From assembly GCA_964016885.1 (NCBI GenBank), contig OZ024740.1, positions 257,486,001 through 257,550,000 on the forward strand: a stretch of 64,000 bases of DNA. Reading direction: 5' to 3'. Below the pieces are notes generated by a model, which was not told the DNA's origin, did not search any database, and worked only from the letters and a program-made list of their open reading frames with translations. Within the stretch, counting starts at the first letter, position 1; each line of letters begins with the position of its first letter. Shown here in pieces: positions 15,656-29,982 of the stretch. Origin of the DNA: Eledone cirrhosa. Its lineage: Eukaryota. Both the position numbers and the translations under genes were made by a program.

Positions 15656-15840
15656 GGGCAGTGAATTGGCAGTATCGGTAGAGGGTCGGACACCATGCTT
15701 TCCAGCATAGTTACGTCTCTTTACGGTCTGAGTTCAAATCCCCTCGAGGTTAACTTTGCCTTTCATCCTTACGGGTTCGATAAAATAAAGTACCAGTAAT
15801 GTACTGGGTAATTAATGGCCTTGTGCCAAAATTAGAAACA
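15656..15840 (+). mobile_element. tRNA-derived SINE
   Basis: Same family as 2448; 16-bp TSD attatttcatgatata at 15639-15654 and 15841-15856. Confidence 0.92.
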
Positions 15841-16039
15841 ATTATTTCATGATATATTTGCCAAATATTTCTTATTATATTTGTAATTAATGTGATCAAA
15901 GCATGGTTGTTAACTAACCAAGTGTAATTAATTGTTTCTACTTCAGGCACAAGGTCAGCCATGTGTTCACCAATAACTATTTAGGGTTTTAATAAAGCTT
16001 TAACTTTTCACCCATGAAAAGACTTTAGTCTTTTTTTTT

Positions 16040-16490
16040 TAATTCCTTTTGCATTGGTTGCCATCGAGACCTTAGGCATCCTCGGTCCCTGGACAACTGA
16101 CCTCCTCCATAAAATCGGAATGGCAGCAGCTTTTCTGAGGAATGAGCCCCACGAGGTGGGGTGGCTGTTTCTGGCCATTGACTGCAGAAATGTCTTTGTC
16201 ATTTTGTCTACAGGGTGCAGCCGAAACACTGCTCTGACCTAGTTGTAGAGTCTGTCATCTTCTCCCCGTCCTCTTTTCTTTTTCCTTTGCCTTATAGTCA
16301 TTGCTCTGTTCCCTCCTTTTCCTCTCATATATGGCATTGAAAGTCCTTTCCAAAACTACTTTCTTTTTTTATATATTTGACTAAATATTAAATTCTTTAT
16401 TATTTTTATGTAATTTTACCCTAAGAATATATTTGAATTTTTTGAAATAAAATAAACTTTAGTTATAAAAAAAAAACTAAAAAAAAATCT
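16040..16490 (+). mobile_element. 3' end of a non-LTR retrotransposon with restriction-like endonuclease
   Basis: VAIETLGILGP..LLHKIG..EPHEVGWLF..RN resembles the REL C-terminus; A-rich tail at ~16467-16488. Confidence 0.55.
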
Positions 16491-17000
16491 TCTAGCAGAA
16501 ACTCACTTTCTAATCTGCAAACCTTTGAATTCACTTTGAAAATCACCGAATTTGACGAGTATATATATTCAACTTGAAGGGGCCCTGTAAACGAAGCTTT
16601 AAATCGTCTGTGATAATTCTTGTGATTTCTCGTCCTTCACAATTCTAAACCAGGGAATCAACCCAGGATAGTCACCATATTATTACTGTGAACAATCACT
16701 AGATTGAGACTGTAGTGACTAGCGTCACCTTGGAGTTACTCTAATTGGAGTTACTTCCCCGTGGCCCGAATATAAGGGATTGTTCTGGCGCCTCTTTCTC
16801 TCTTGCAGCTTGACCTTGCTAAGGTAAACACCAATTCTTCTTTTGCTCCGCAAGCACAAACAATATGTAACGACAAAACCTTACTACAGGCCTGGCCAAC
16901 GCCTCAGCCAGTCAACCGTACTTTCTCTTGCAATCTTAATTGGTTTATTTCATTTCTTTTGGAATGACAGCTTAATCCACCTCTTAAACTTTATTAATAA

Positions 17001-17580
17001 ACTAGCAGTGGTACCCGGCGTTGCACGGGATAAGGTATTTTGGAACGCGGGCCGCCAACAGACCTAATCGTGGAAAAACTGCATGCCTGGACAATATGTA
17101 AAGAAAATAAACCGAAAGTTTGGATAATCTTTAAGAATTTCCTCGATGAAGCAGGAAAAATACAGGTTTTCACCTAATGTGGGCCCTAGGGGATCAAGAA
17201 AATGAATTCTTATTATGTGCATAATATGCCTTGAAATTTCGGAAAAACCGGCTAGGCGTAATGCCTAAAAAAAGCCCTAAAAAGCTGAATAAATGAAGTT
17301 TTTCCCCTAGGCCATAAAAAAGTTGGGTTTTCTTTGCTCACGGTATGAAGAAGAGACTGACTAATACATAGTTACAATTTCAAGGAAATCGGTCTGACGT
17401 AACGACTCAACATACCCCTAAAAAGCTGAAAAAACGCAGTTTTTCATCTAATGCAGGAACTAGATCAAAAAGTTGAATTTTTATGTGATAACACTCTCTG
17501 AAACATAACGCAGGCCGCCAACAGACCTAATCGTGGAAAAAACTGCATGCCTAGACAATATGTAAAGAAAATAAACCGAA
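17001..17580 (+). mobile_element. Probable non-autonomous Helitron/Helentron-like element
   Basis: Starts ACTAGC...CCCGGCGTTGCACGGG (subterminal hairpin); internal duplication ~17045-17117 and ~17507-17580. Confidence 0.5.
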
Positions 17581-18137
17581 TGCTCTGATGCAATTAGTAT
17601 TAGGTATGCTTCTCCTTCCACGTGGAGAAAATCGGCTTGGTGCTTTTGTACTTTAATAAAGTGGCATGAGTCAGCAGGACAGATATCACCACTTATGTCA
17701 GAGGGAAGTCTGCAATGCTTGAGCAAGGCATGACGTGTAATCGGACAGCATGTGGAGCCTTCTCGAAGGAGTCCACCGCATCTTAGTAAGTAAACGCAAC
17801 TGAACACACGTTTACCAAACTGTGGGTATAATTTAACAAATTTAAATAGGAATGGCGCAATAAAATGGGCCCCGAGGCGTATGCGTGTTCACTGGGAGCC
17901 CTAAACGAAAGGGTCGCCATCAGTTATTTCAAGGGCCCTTAAAAGGGCCTTGTAAGCCGTTCACTGACACTCCAGTACGGAGAGGTAACCATCAACAATT
18001 TTAAGTGGTTGCCCTAAAACGGGCCATGTGAGCGTTCACTTGTAGCCCTTAATAGTGACTTTGACTGCATTCTCTGACATTTGGAGGGTGTTACGGTTGC
18101 TTCCACTGGTAGCCTTTAGAATGAATCAGAATGCGTT

Positions 18138-18526
<389 letters not shown>

Positions 18527-18529
18527 TTA

Positions 18530-18594
<65 letters not shown>

Positions 18595-19141
18595 ATATAT
18601 GTATATATGTATATATATATACCTCCCCTGAGATAGATGATGCTATAAAGAGAATAATAAGACCGCAATGGAGAACAGAATATAGGAAATGCTGTGTGAA
18701 TCGGATTCAAAGCGACATCCGACAGACTAGCTGGCCAAGCTTCTGAATGTGATATATATATACATATATATAATAAGGTGTTGACGGCCCAGTATATTTA
18801 TCAATGCCACGACCGGTTGTATCTCAGCGTACTCAATAGGCAATGTGAGATACATTCCCAGAGTATACACATAGTTATTCGCTTCAATACAACACACGTA
18901 AAACGGGTGCCTATAATAGTTCCCGGACTCGAGTTTCGGCCACACTTAAAGCAGCAGGAGGGTGCGCTGCACCGTCCCTCTGCATATATTATGCAACAAT
19001 GCATAATCGGCGTATGTGGCTTCATCAGTGGGTATCGCCTAATCAATAACAAATCGATCGACAGAATCCAGACCCCAGCCCATGCCGGCCATGACTGTTT
19101 GTGACAGCCGTCACGGTAAAGCGATTAGCAACTGGAATCCG

Positions 19142-19175
<34 letters not shown>

Positions 19176-19267
19176 TTACACAATCATTATTCACAAGGAA
19201 GAAGAGTGGGCATACATTTATTGCATAACACTGACGCATGTTTCATCGTAAAAAAAGAAAAGAAGAT

Positions 19268-19602
<335 letters not shown>

Positions 19603-20039
19603 ACATGGAGGATAGTATATTAAACAGAAATATGCAAGTAGAGGAAGAAATTTGAAGATTAATGGAAAGAGGTGGAAGGAGGAGAAGATAAGATAGGTAT
19701 TAATAGAGATAATAGTAGGGAATGATGGGAGACTTAGGGTAGTATCTAGGGGATAGTAAATGACAAGTGGATTCAAAATATCTGGACCATTATTGGTTGA
19801 AAATTAATTGTAGCAGTAGTAGTATGATAACAACATCAATGCTATTTATTCAATGTAGATCCATCAATTTGACAATTGTCTGCTCTTTTACAGACACAAA
19901 TACACCCGGCATTACTTCAAAGAGGTCGAGAATCGGTCTGCAAAATATGACCATAATAAAGTTACAATACAGTTAGCGGGGTAGATTAAAAACATGAGTG
20001 TATAGTTAGTATGATCTAATCTCTTTTTATTCAGGAGTA

Positions 20040-21650
20040 TAAGAAGAAGGTTTAAATTGTCTGTGTCTGCAATTACAAATTTGTTCTTGTATAGTATTTA
20101 CTAATTGTTTCCCAGTTATTATATGGTGAATTTCCTGTGTCCAAATATGACATATTCCTGTATCATGTTGATACTTACCGGAACATTTTAGGATAGACCA
20201 TGAAATTTCGTACTTTTTGGGGTAGGGGAGATTCTATTAACTCACAAATTTTATTAGCTGAAGCAGTTGATTCCCTAAGTTTCGGTTATTTAAACGAATG
20301 CTTGTGTATATATACCATATTCTCTTTAAAAATTTTGGATATAGATCCTATATACCTGAATATTTTTTTATGCATTTTAATCTCGCATTGGTATATTATA
20401 TTCTCACATATACACTTAATCTGCAGGGGACATTTGTCTGGTTTCTAGCAGTTGCAATTCAAATGTTTCCTGTTGATGGGTTTCTTATTATTACAGCGAT
20501 CCATCGAGTTGTTAGATAATCTACCAAGCTGTGAGTGGAATTCTATATGATTGTTTCCACTTTAAGATTATCTTACTAAACCAAAACTCTTGTTTTGGTT
20601 TAGTACCACAGGAATATATTTTTGTATCTTTTCCTCTAAGAGAATTAGGTTTATCGTTATGTATGCGAAGGCGTTTTCTATTTGCACTAATAATATAACC
20701 GTCTAAATTTATAGTTGGGGAGTAAAATAATCGAATAGTATTTCTATTTATTATTTTGTGATACTTATGTGATTGTGGAAAGTTTTTATCTATTATGTTA
20801 AAAATATAGTAGACAGTTTAGATTTAATATTGTTATTGTGCGAAGGATTATACCATAGGTTTGATATTTTCCTTGTTCTTTTAGGAATATTACTATGTTG
20901 GGATCCTCTGCGGGATTTACCAGTTATTATTTTTGTTTTATTATCTGGGTTATCAGTTGTACTAACAGAATAACTATTTGGTTTATGTTGTTTAGTACCA
21001 TTAGGTTCACACCTAGCATTGGAGTTTTTATTACGTGAGTGGTGTCTAGAATATATACCTTTTTGCAGTTTTATCCAGGTACACTATCTCAGATTTATAT
21101 CTTGCTCTTCTTAATGCATTATTATATTATTAGGGCGGTCGATTGGCAGTATCGGTAGAGGGTCGGACGCCATGCTTTGACGCATAGAGTTACGGCTCTT
21201 GCCATTCTGAGTTCAAATCTCGCCGAGGTTAACTTTCCCTTTCATCCTTACAGGGTTGATAAAATATATCTACAAAGGCTGAGAGTTGGGAAGTCCTAAG
21301 TGATACGTTCGTAACTATAGGGTTTAATATTGATTTATGATATTCAGAATAACAACTAATATGAGATAGATTCTCATTATTCTTATGATATGGTTCATCT
21401 AAACCAGAATTAAGATTTAAAGTAATATCATTTTTCTTTTTTACCCCTTTCCTTGTTTCTGTTTCCTTTAATTATTGCTTACCTTCTATATATATCTATA
21501 TGTGAAAATATTCTTATTCCACTTTGAAAATTCGTTGTCTACATATGATATTTACATATTTGGATTCGATTTAATGTGATGGAAATAGTCAAATGTTAGC
21601 GATCCTGGACATATATGTAACACATACGATGAAACACGTATCAGTGTTAT
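20040..21650 (-). pseudogene. Old decayed Naiad-type PLE
   Basis: Reverse translation gives DITLNLNSGLDEPYHKNN (~21400), FPQSHKYHKIINRNTI (~20760), CNC*KPDKCPL (~20440), YIGS (~20345) and CNCRHR (~20070). Confidence 0.8.
21132..21263 (+). mobile_element. 3'-truncated SINE inside the decayed PLE
   Basis: A and B boxes; ends at gataaaat. Confidence 0.85.
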
Positions 21651-21890
21651 GCAATAAATGTTATTCCGACTCTTCTGGATAGTGATGTTTTCGATAATGA
21701 CTTTGTAAATTTCTTCATATACTCCGTAAATAATTACATATGGAACCATTAGTGGAAATACCACAGAATTTACTAAAGGAAATAATTCGACCCTTAAGTA
21801 AAACACTACTGCGACAGTCCTCTGATTCTTGTTACATAAACAAATTAATTGATGACACTAACGGAAAATAAATAATGCTATAATTCTCTC

Positions 21891-21938
<48 letters not shown>

Positions 21939-21952
21939 TCTCTCTCTCCCTC

Positions 21953-21998
<46 letters not shown>

Positions 21999-22051
21999 CG
22001 TGTGTGTGTATGTGTGTGTATGTGTGTGTGTGTGTGAGTGCGTGTTGGTGC

Positions 22052-22082
<31 letters not shown>

Positions 22083-22149
22083 ACCGAAATAACAGAAGTA
22101 AGTTTTATTCCATCATTATGTTTTTCTGTTCTTTTCTGTTCAAATTCTA

Positions 22150-22208
22150 GCTGTCTAATGAGGTCATAGCTGCTGCCTAATGGTTATCACCGAAATATAT
22201 ATAACAGC
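22150..22208 (+). ncRNA. Hammerhead motif with CTAATGA (probably inactive)
   Basis: gctgt CTAATGA ggt...acc GAAA tatata TA acagc. Confidence 0.6.
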
Positions 22209-22340
22209 GAATTTGAATAAACGATGTTAATTTTAACCTGTTGACATACACCTCCGAAATATATATAACAGCGAATTTGAATAAACGATGTTAATTTTAA
22301 CCTGTTGACATACACCTCTTATTATATATATATATATATA

Positions 22341-22524
22341 GGGCGGTGGATTGGCAGTATCGGTAGAGGGTCGGACGCCATGCTTTCCAGCATAGTTACG
22401 TCCCTTTACGATCAGAGTTCAAATCCCGCCGAGGTTGACTTTGCCTTTCATCCTTACGGGGTCGATAAAATAAAGTACCAGTAATGCACTGGGTAATTGC
22501 TGGCCTTGTGCCTAAAGTAGAAAC

Positions 22525-22525
<1 letters not shown>
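22341..22525 (+). mobile_element. tRNA-derived SINE
   Basis: Full length, flanked by attatata(ta)n duplication. Confidence 0.92.
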
Positions 22526-22558
<33 letters not shown>

Positions 22559-22582
22559 TCACACGCACGCACACAAACACAC

Positions 22583-22638
<56 letters not shown>

Positions 22639-22839
22639 TTCGAAATAATGTTTTCGGCTTCAGGGTTAAAGTGACCTATAAAGAGGAATGTTTCAGCATA
22701 CAGTGGTGGTTGACTCAACAATATGTTAACTTCAATAGTTTGACCGTAGGGCTGCTCTTTGATAGTTCTGTGATAGGTAATTGCAAGGAACCAGAGACGA
22801 GGAATAAAGTAAAAAAGAAAATTGATATTATGGTTTAGT

Positions 22840-22955
22840 TAAACCATATCATAAGAATAATGAGAAATTTTCTCATTTTAGTTGTTATTCTAATGACCCT
22901 AAATCAATAATAAACTCTATATTTACGAACGTATCACTTAGGATTCCCTGACTCT
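22840..22955 (+). pseudogene. PLE RT-thumb fragment, inverted paralog of ~21282-21400
   Basis: KPYHKNNE..SHFSCYSNDPKSIIN..NVSLRI. Confidence 0.65.
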
Positions 22956-23729
22956 TTTAACGTGATTTAAACTATACTGCGCAACAAACGATTTGTGTCG
23001 CTTACATTGGGTTGAGAAGGCAAACACTTATGACCAATCAACGGTAAGCATCACTACCCATGGCTCACCATGCCCATCAAAAAGCTTTAATTCCTTGCAT
23101 GCAAGATCTCCACTTCCTTATTATTTTACTTCCTTCTATCCTTCTTTTCTTCTATTACATTTATCTTCTCCTCCTCCATTGGATGTGCATATTTATGTGT
23201 GTATATACTTATAAGGGGTATTTGATATATATATATATATATATATATATGTCCCAAGGCTCTGATACCATCAACACCATAAACACAGAGCTGACTAACT
23301 GCCTGATGAGATTCATAGCCATTCAATGGCTATCATCGAAATATATGTAGCAGTAAATAAAGGATCATGAGTTCATGCAATTGACTTATGTTTCGTCACT
23401 ATATATATACATATATATACACAATGATATTAAATAAATGGAAACTATATTTCTAAAAAAATATATTTATTCTATTATATATATTTCAAGGGTACAAAAA
23501 AAAAACTTTGGTACGCGTTCATCAGATAAGATACAAAGAGTGTTTTATAAATATTTACATAGCCAAGGAAATCATAACTTATCAGTTGAATTTTCTTGGG
23601 TAGTGAGATTAAAGGACGGATATTTCAAACTTATGGATAAATATGCAAATGATTATGTAAATAGGGTTGAGTTATATGATTGAAAACCCGTTATTTTAAA
23701 CGCTATGGAAAGTTTAGATATATAATAAT

Positions 23730-23917
23730 TGTTTCTACTTTTAGCACAAGGCCAGCAATTACCCAGTGTATTACTGGTAATTTATTTTATCGACCCCATA
23801 AGGATGAAAGGCAAAGTTAACCTCGGCGGGATTTGAACTCAGAATGGCAAGAGCCGTAACTCCATGCGTCAAAGCAGGGCGTCCGACCCTCTACCGATAC
23901 TGCCAATCTACCGCCCT
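23730..23917 (-). mobile_element. SINE inserted in the left arm of PLE C
   Basis: 13-bp TSD gatatataataat at 23717-23729 and 23919-23931; empty site in right arm at ~28206-28218. Confidence 0.93.
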
Positions 23918-25136
23918 CGATATATAATAATAAGAGAGAAATAAAGAAGAAAGAAAAAAGAAAAGGAAAAATAAAGAGAAGGAAACGGAAAAGGAAGACC
24001 ACTTATAACGTTATATTGGGGGAAATGTATTCGAACATTTAGCTATATTATGTATATATTTATATGGAGAATTATGTTTGTGAGTATTTATCTTATATTG
24101 TAGTGGGTTAAATATATAAATATCTATATATATTTTAATAATAGCATATGTATTTTTATTAAAAGGATAATTTGCAATTATTAGTTGTTTATAATATGAG
24201 TTACGAGGCTGTTGATTTTGTGTTTTAAGTAGATAAATAAATAAAAAAATAAATAGGTAGTTCAAGTTTTAGGTTGTTGTTCTTAATATGAGTTACGAGG
24301 GTGTTGATTTTGTATTTTATGTAAATAAATATGTAGTTAAAATTGAGAATGTTTTAAATTAATTTAACGGAGTTAGGTATAACATTTATATGATTGAAAA
24401 GGAAAGATAACTCCGATTTTATTTGTTAATCGTTAGTGTGAGATTAATTAATTATTTAGTCGAAAGAAATATGAAACATCGTCTTGAATAGGATAGATTT
24501 TACTAAAATCAGTTAATGGTTATTAATCTACGTTTAAAAAATAGCTTTAGATAGTGTCATTGGAAAAATAAAGAATTAAGAAATTTAAAAAAATTAAAAA
24601 TTAAAAAAATTAAAAAATTAAAATAATAATTAAAATTCAAATTAGAATTATAAAAGATATACATAAATATATATAAATATCTATACACATATAAATAAAT
24701 ATATACATACATATTATAAGAAATATTTTTTCTAAATGCTGAAAGTACTACAAATATTAGAGATATTATGATTTAGAGATATTAATATTAAAAATATAAA
24801 TTGTTAAAGCAGATAGGATCATTTTAGAAATTAATAGGAATATTATAAGTATATTATAAGTTACATATAGTTCTGAATGTAGAATTTTGGCGATGTCTGC
24901 AGGAACTAAATAACTCTGTTCTGAGATTAATAGAGTTTTGACAGTTAATTATATAAAAAATTTCTTCAATACACAATTTACAGAATCTTGATAAAGCCGT
25001 GTTTCGGTACGCAGGTGCTTTCGAAACAGTTATAAACATATAAATTTGGTGTATTTCCAACAAATTAAATATCCCTTCTACTTATAAATAGCTCCTTTAA
25101 TGTTGAGCACTTTAAATTATAACTGATTGATAAATA

Positions 25137-27338
25137 ATGGAATTCTTTAGGATTTCTTCCTCTCTAAAAGATGTACCTAAGAATAAGGAATATCTAAAAC
25201 AACTCATTGAGAAATCTGACTCCTTTATACGATGACTTAGATGGCGTGCCTTCCATTTCGATAGAAAATCAGATGAAAAAATAAATAAATCCAGTTATAA
25301 CTTCGATCTTATCTTCAAATCTAAGAAGAATCCACCTAACTATAAACTATTAATTGAATTTGAAAATTATGTAATATCTATTATACAAAACATCAAATTC
25401 AAGAAAAAACAATTTGTAGGCCAGGAATACTCTAAAGGCCTCAAAAATAATATAAACAATCTTGAAAAAACTGAGAAGATCCTCGTAAAATCTGATAAAA
25501 CTAATCATCTATACGGATGCAAAAGGACGAATATAATAACCTTAAATTGAAAGAACTCAGAAAAAATTACAAAATAACAACTAATGAACATCATGGTACG
25601 TTAAATAGAGAAGCTTCTGAAATAATTCATAAATTAGTCATCCAAAATAGGACTGAAACCGTTATACCTAGAAGACCGAAAATTAACCTGAAAGACCACA
25701 AAAGAAACTTTGAAATAGAACTACCAGTCAAACTTATAGCACCATCTAAATCAGAATTAGGCATGATAGAATCATACCGCAACTTAAAGAAAAATCACAC
25801 CTGAAACTATGGAACGGGACTAATGAAGTTATAGATTGGTTCAATAACATCAAATTTAAACATAACAAAAAATTCATTCAAATGGATATTGCAAATTACT
25901 ACTCCTCTATTACTCCTAGTTTTCTCAATAGGGCTCTTATCTATGCATCTAAACATACAGATTTATATAGTGATGAAATGCATATCATTCGAACTGCGCG
26001 GAAAACTTTAATTGAATTCAACAATCGTCTCTGGACTGAAGCCGATAGAAAAAATAATTTTGATATCACTATGGGATCATCTGACTCGGCGCAAATAACG
26101 GATCTTTTGGGCTTATTTATTAATAATACACTGCATAGAAAAATGCCAGAGATGACCGGTGGTTTATATCGTGACGATATGCTGGTTTTAATTGAAAACC
26201 ATAGTAATTGTGAAATTAATAGGAAAAGAAAATCCATAATACTATTCTTCAATAATTATAACCTTAAGTTAGAAATAGAGAATAACAATAAAATCGTTAA
26301 CTTTTTAGACGTAACATTAAACCTGAACACAGGGCTCTACTATCCATTGCATAAAATTTATGAGAATCTAAATTACGTAACTTTTAACTCTAATCATCCT
26401 AGATCTATCAAGAACACTATTGTCAATAGTGTCCAACAACGAATTACCCACATCTATGTTAATAAAAATATGTTTGATGATAAGGCTGAATATTATAATG
26501 AAGATTTAAATAGAGGAGAGTATTTGAATAAAATTGAATACATTGACAACAATAATAAGGCAAATCACCCTACTATTAATTATAATAATAATAAACAATT
26601 TAATTTAAACTCTAAAACAAACAAAAGAACTAGAAATATTATTTGGTACTCAGCCCCATTCTCATTAAGCGTTAAAACACAATTAGCAAATCTATTCTTT
26701 AAAGCACTAGACAAATGTTTTCCAAAAGCCCACAGATACCACTCCATCCTTAACAGACATACTATAAAACTATCCTACTCTACTACATAGCACAAAATAT
26801 AAATAGAATTAATAATAGAAATTTAAATTTAAACCCTAACCAAAATAACCATAATAGCAATAATAATATTTCTAGCAATATCCAACCTAATAGTACCGTT
26901 CCGAGCAACAACAAGTCCGTAAAATGTAACTGTAGAATCAAATCCAACTGCCCTTTACAAAATAAGTGTTTAGATAAATGCAGAGTTAAAACTAGTGATA
27001 ATATATTTAACTATGTCAGACCCACTATTAAAAAAATTAAAGATCGCTGGAATAACGACAATCACTCTTTCAAAAGATCTGATAAAATATCTTCTACTTC
27101 CATTTCACATCTTATATGGAACTTAAAAAGCAAGAATATAGACTATTCAATATCTTGGAAAACTATTTCAAAGGCACCTGCGTACCGAAACACGGCTTTA
27201 TCAAGATTCTGTAAATTGTTTATTGAAGAAATTTTTTATATAATTAAATGTCAACACTCTATTAATCTCAGGACAGAGTTATTTAGTTCCTGCAGACATC
27301 GCCAAAATTCTACATTCAGAACTATATGTAACTTATAA
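25137..27338 (+). pseudogene. PLE RT + GIY-YIG polyprotein with stops and frameshifts
   Basis: MEFF..SLKDVPK..FIR*LRWRA, LKDHK, QMDIANYYSSI, MGSSDSAQITDL, GGLYRDD, CNCRIKSNCPL, SSCRHR. Confidence 0.92.
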
Positions 27339-28403
27339 TATACTTATAATATTCCTATTAATCTCCAAAATGACCATATCTGCTTTAACAATTCATATTT
27401 TAAATGTATTAATATCTCTAAATTATTCTCTAATATTTGTATTACTTTCAGCATTTAGAAAAATATTTCTTATGATATATATGTATGTATATATTTATTT
27501 ATATGTATATATATATTTATATATATTTTTGTATATCTATATAATTCTAATTTTAATTTTAATTTTAATGTTTTAATTTTTTTAATTTTTTAATTTTTAA
27601 TTTTATTTTTATTTCTTAATTCTTTATTTTTCCCTCTAAAGCTATTTTTTAAACGTTGATTAATAGCCATTAACTGATTTTAGCAAAATGTATCCTATTC
27701 AAGACGATGTTAAAACATTCATATTTCTTTCGACTAAATAATTAATTAATCTCACACTAACTATTAACAAATAAAATCGGAGTTATCTTTCCTTTTCAAT
27801 CATATAAATATTATACCTAACTCCGTTCAATTAAATTAAAACATTCTCAATTTTAACTACATATTTATTTACATAAAATACAAAATCAACACCCTCGTAA
27901 CTGATATTAAGGACAACAACCTAAAACTTGAACTACCTAATTATTTTTTTATTTATTTATCTACTTAAAACACAAAATCAACTTCCCTCGTAACTCATAT
28001 TATAAACAACTAATAATTGCAAATTATTCTTTTAATAAAAATACATATGCTATTATTAAAATATTTCTCCATATAAATATATACATAATATAGATAAATG
28101 TTCGAATATATTTCCCCCAATTTAACGTTATAAGTGGTCTTCTCTCTTCCGTTTCCTTCTTTTTATTTTTCCTTTTCTTTTTTCTTTCTTCTTCATTTCT
28201 CTCTTATTATTATATATCTAAACTTTGCATAGCATTTAAAATAACCGGTTTTCAATCATATAACTCAACCCTATTTACATATTCATTTGCATATTCATCC
28301 ATAAGTTTAAAATATCCGTCCTTTAATCTCACTACCCAAGAAAATTCAACTGATAAGGTATGATTTCCTTGGCTAAATAAAAATTTATAAAACACTCTTT
28401 GTA

Positions 28404-28471
28404 TTTTATCTGATGAAAGCGTACCAAAGTTTTTTTTTTTTTTTGGTACCCTTGAAATATATATAATAGAA
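28404..28471 (+). ncRNA. Type-I hammerhead ribozyme, family C pLTR
   Basis: tttat CTGATGA aag-c-gtaccaaa..ttggtac-c-ctt GAAA tatata TA ataga; inverted copy at 23471-23530. Confidence 0.85.
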
Positions 28472-28609
28472 TAAATGTGGTTTTATAAATATAGTTTCCA
28501 TTTATTTCATATCATTGAATATTTACTCCAGAAAACTGTCGAGTGCTCTGAATCCGTTATAAACATTTATATTTGTTGTATTTCCAATAAATTAAATATC
28601 CCTTCTACT

Positions 28610-28660
<51 letters not shown>

Positions 28661-28720
28661 ATACTTTGGGAGGGTCGTGTTGCCAATAAGAGGGTCATGT
28701 TGCCAACAAATTCAGAAACG

Positions 28721-28772
<52 letters not shown>

Positions 28773-29592
28773 TAAAACCTTGATGTAATTGAATACGAGA
28801 ACTCAAGGTGCATTTTCCACATAGGTATGACGGAGAATTTTTAAAATAAGGAATTACAAAGTTTAGATGATAAAGTCCTTTATTGATAAGGCCGTGATAG
28901 ATATTTCGATGATGACAGTGGCCACGTGATTCAGCGTAGTACCCAGAGCCATGATCTCATCAGACAGCTTCTTACATAATAAGGTTACAATCAAAGAGGT
29001 AATCCAAAAATCGAAGCGACAAGGGAACGGACAAACAGCGATGTTCCTGAATCGAATGCCCGTTCACCTGTGAGCTTCAATGCACGCTACAGGTCTGCGC
29101 ATGCGTAAAAGTAAGATATGTAGCTGGTTACTGTTGCAAGACAAAGCAAAATATCTCACGGATGACCACCCCCTCCCTCGTCAATGAAGCAAGGTGCCAG
29201 TCAGCCAGCCCAGAATCCGGCCGATATTTTGCTGGTCGAATACCAAAATGCTGTGGTAGAGTGTGATTATGAGTTTTAGTGGCCTAATAGTTGCCTAATT
29301 TTAAGTCGAGATATTACGGTTTCCTAGTGGAAGTTAAAATTAGTAAATAAGACTAAATAAGTGAAATTAAATGTTTTGAATTTTAGTAAATAACAGAAAA
29401 TAACCTAAGGTATAGAATACGATAATTGATACGAAAAGTAGTAAATATCATCCTCCATTAGATTAATACACGTAGTGAGGGATAAAATTATCGATAAAGA
29501 GTACGTTAAGTATACATACATACACGCACACATACACATACATATAGACACATATACATACACATAGGTACAGATACACATATATACACACC

Positions 29593-29667
<75 letters not shown>

Positions 29668-29668
29668 G

Positions 29669-29706
<38 letters not shown>

Positions 29707-29767
29707 TGATGGTAGCTAAGATGCTTCCATAGGCGGTATGTTAGTTGCTTACAGAGCAGAGTATGAT

Positions 29768-29982
29768 AGAATAGAAAACGAAAAATCAGTGATGCATCTG
29801 AACTCAACTTATTGTGTGTTACAATTGTTTCGGAGCATATTCTATGCTTCGAAATCATTAGACGTGTCCGCCGAACCTTCGGGTCCAGAATCAGACAGAT
29901 CGTGTCTCGAGCTGTCCCCCGGCAAACAATTGTAACACACAATAAATTCAGTTCAGATGAATCACTGATCTTTCGTTTTCTA

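Larger units (their letters stand above)
23422..28611 (+). mobile_element. Naiad-type PLE (family C), full length, with long inverted 5' arm
   Basis: Arms 23422-25031 and 27161-28517; direct repeat ~25029-25083 and ~28556-28610. Confidence 0.92.

Noticed and set aside
17860-18120. Spaced gggccc/gttcact motifs resembling a CRISPR array
   Set aside because: Degenerate, irregular tandem repeat in eukaryotic context with no cas genes
25230-25236. In-frame TGA in a Naiad-type ORF as possible selenocysteine (reported for some Naiads)
   Set aside because: It aligns to Arg of FIRRMRW in family D, so it is an ordinary nonsense change; the copy has other lesions and I saw no SECIS
28780-29400. Possible solo LTR or host exon
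   Set aside because: No second copy, no clear TG..CA ends with TSD, and no recognisable protein
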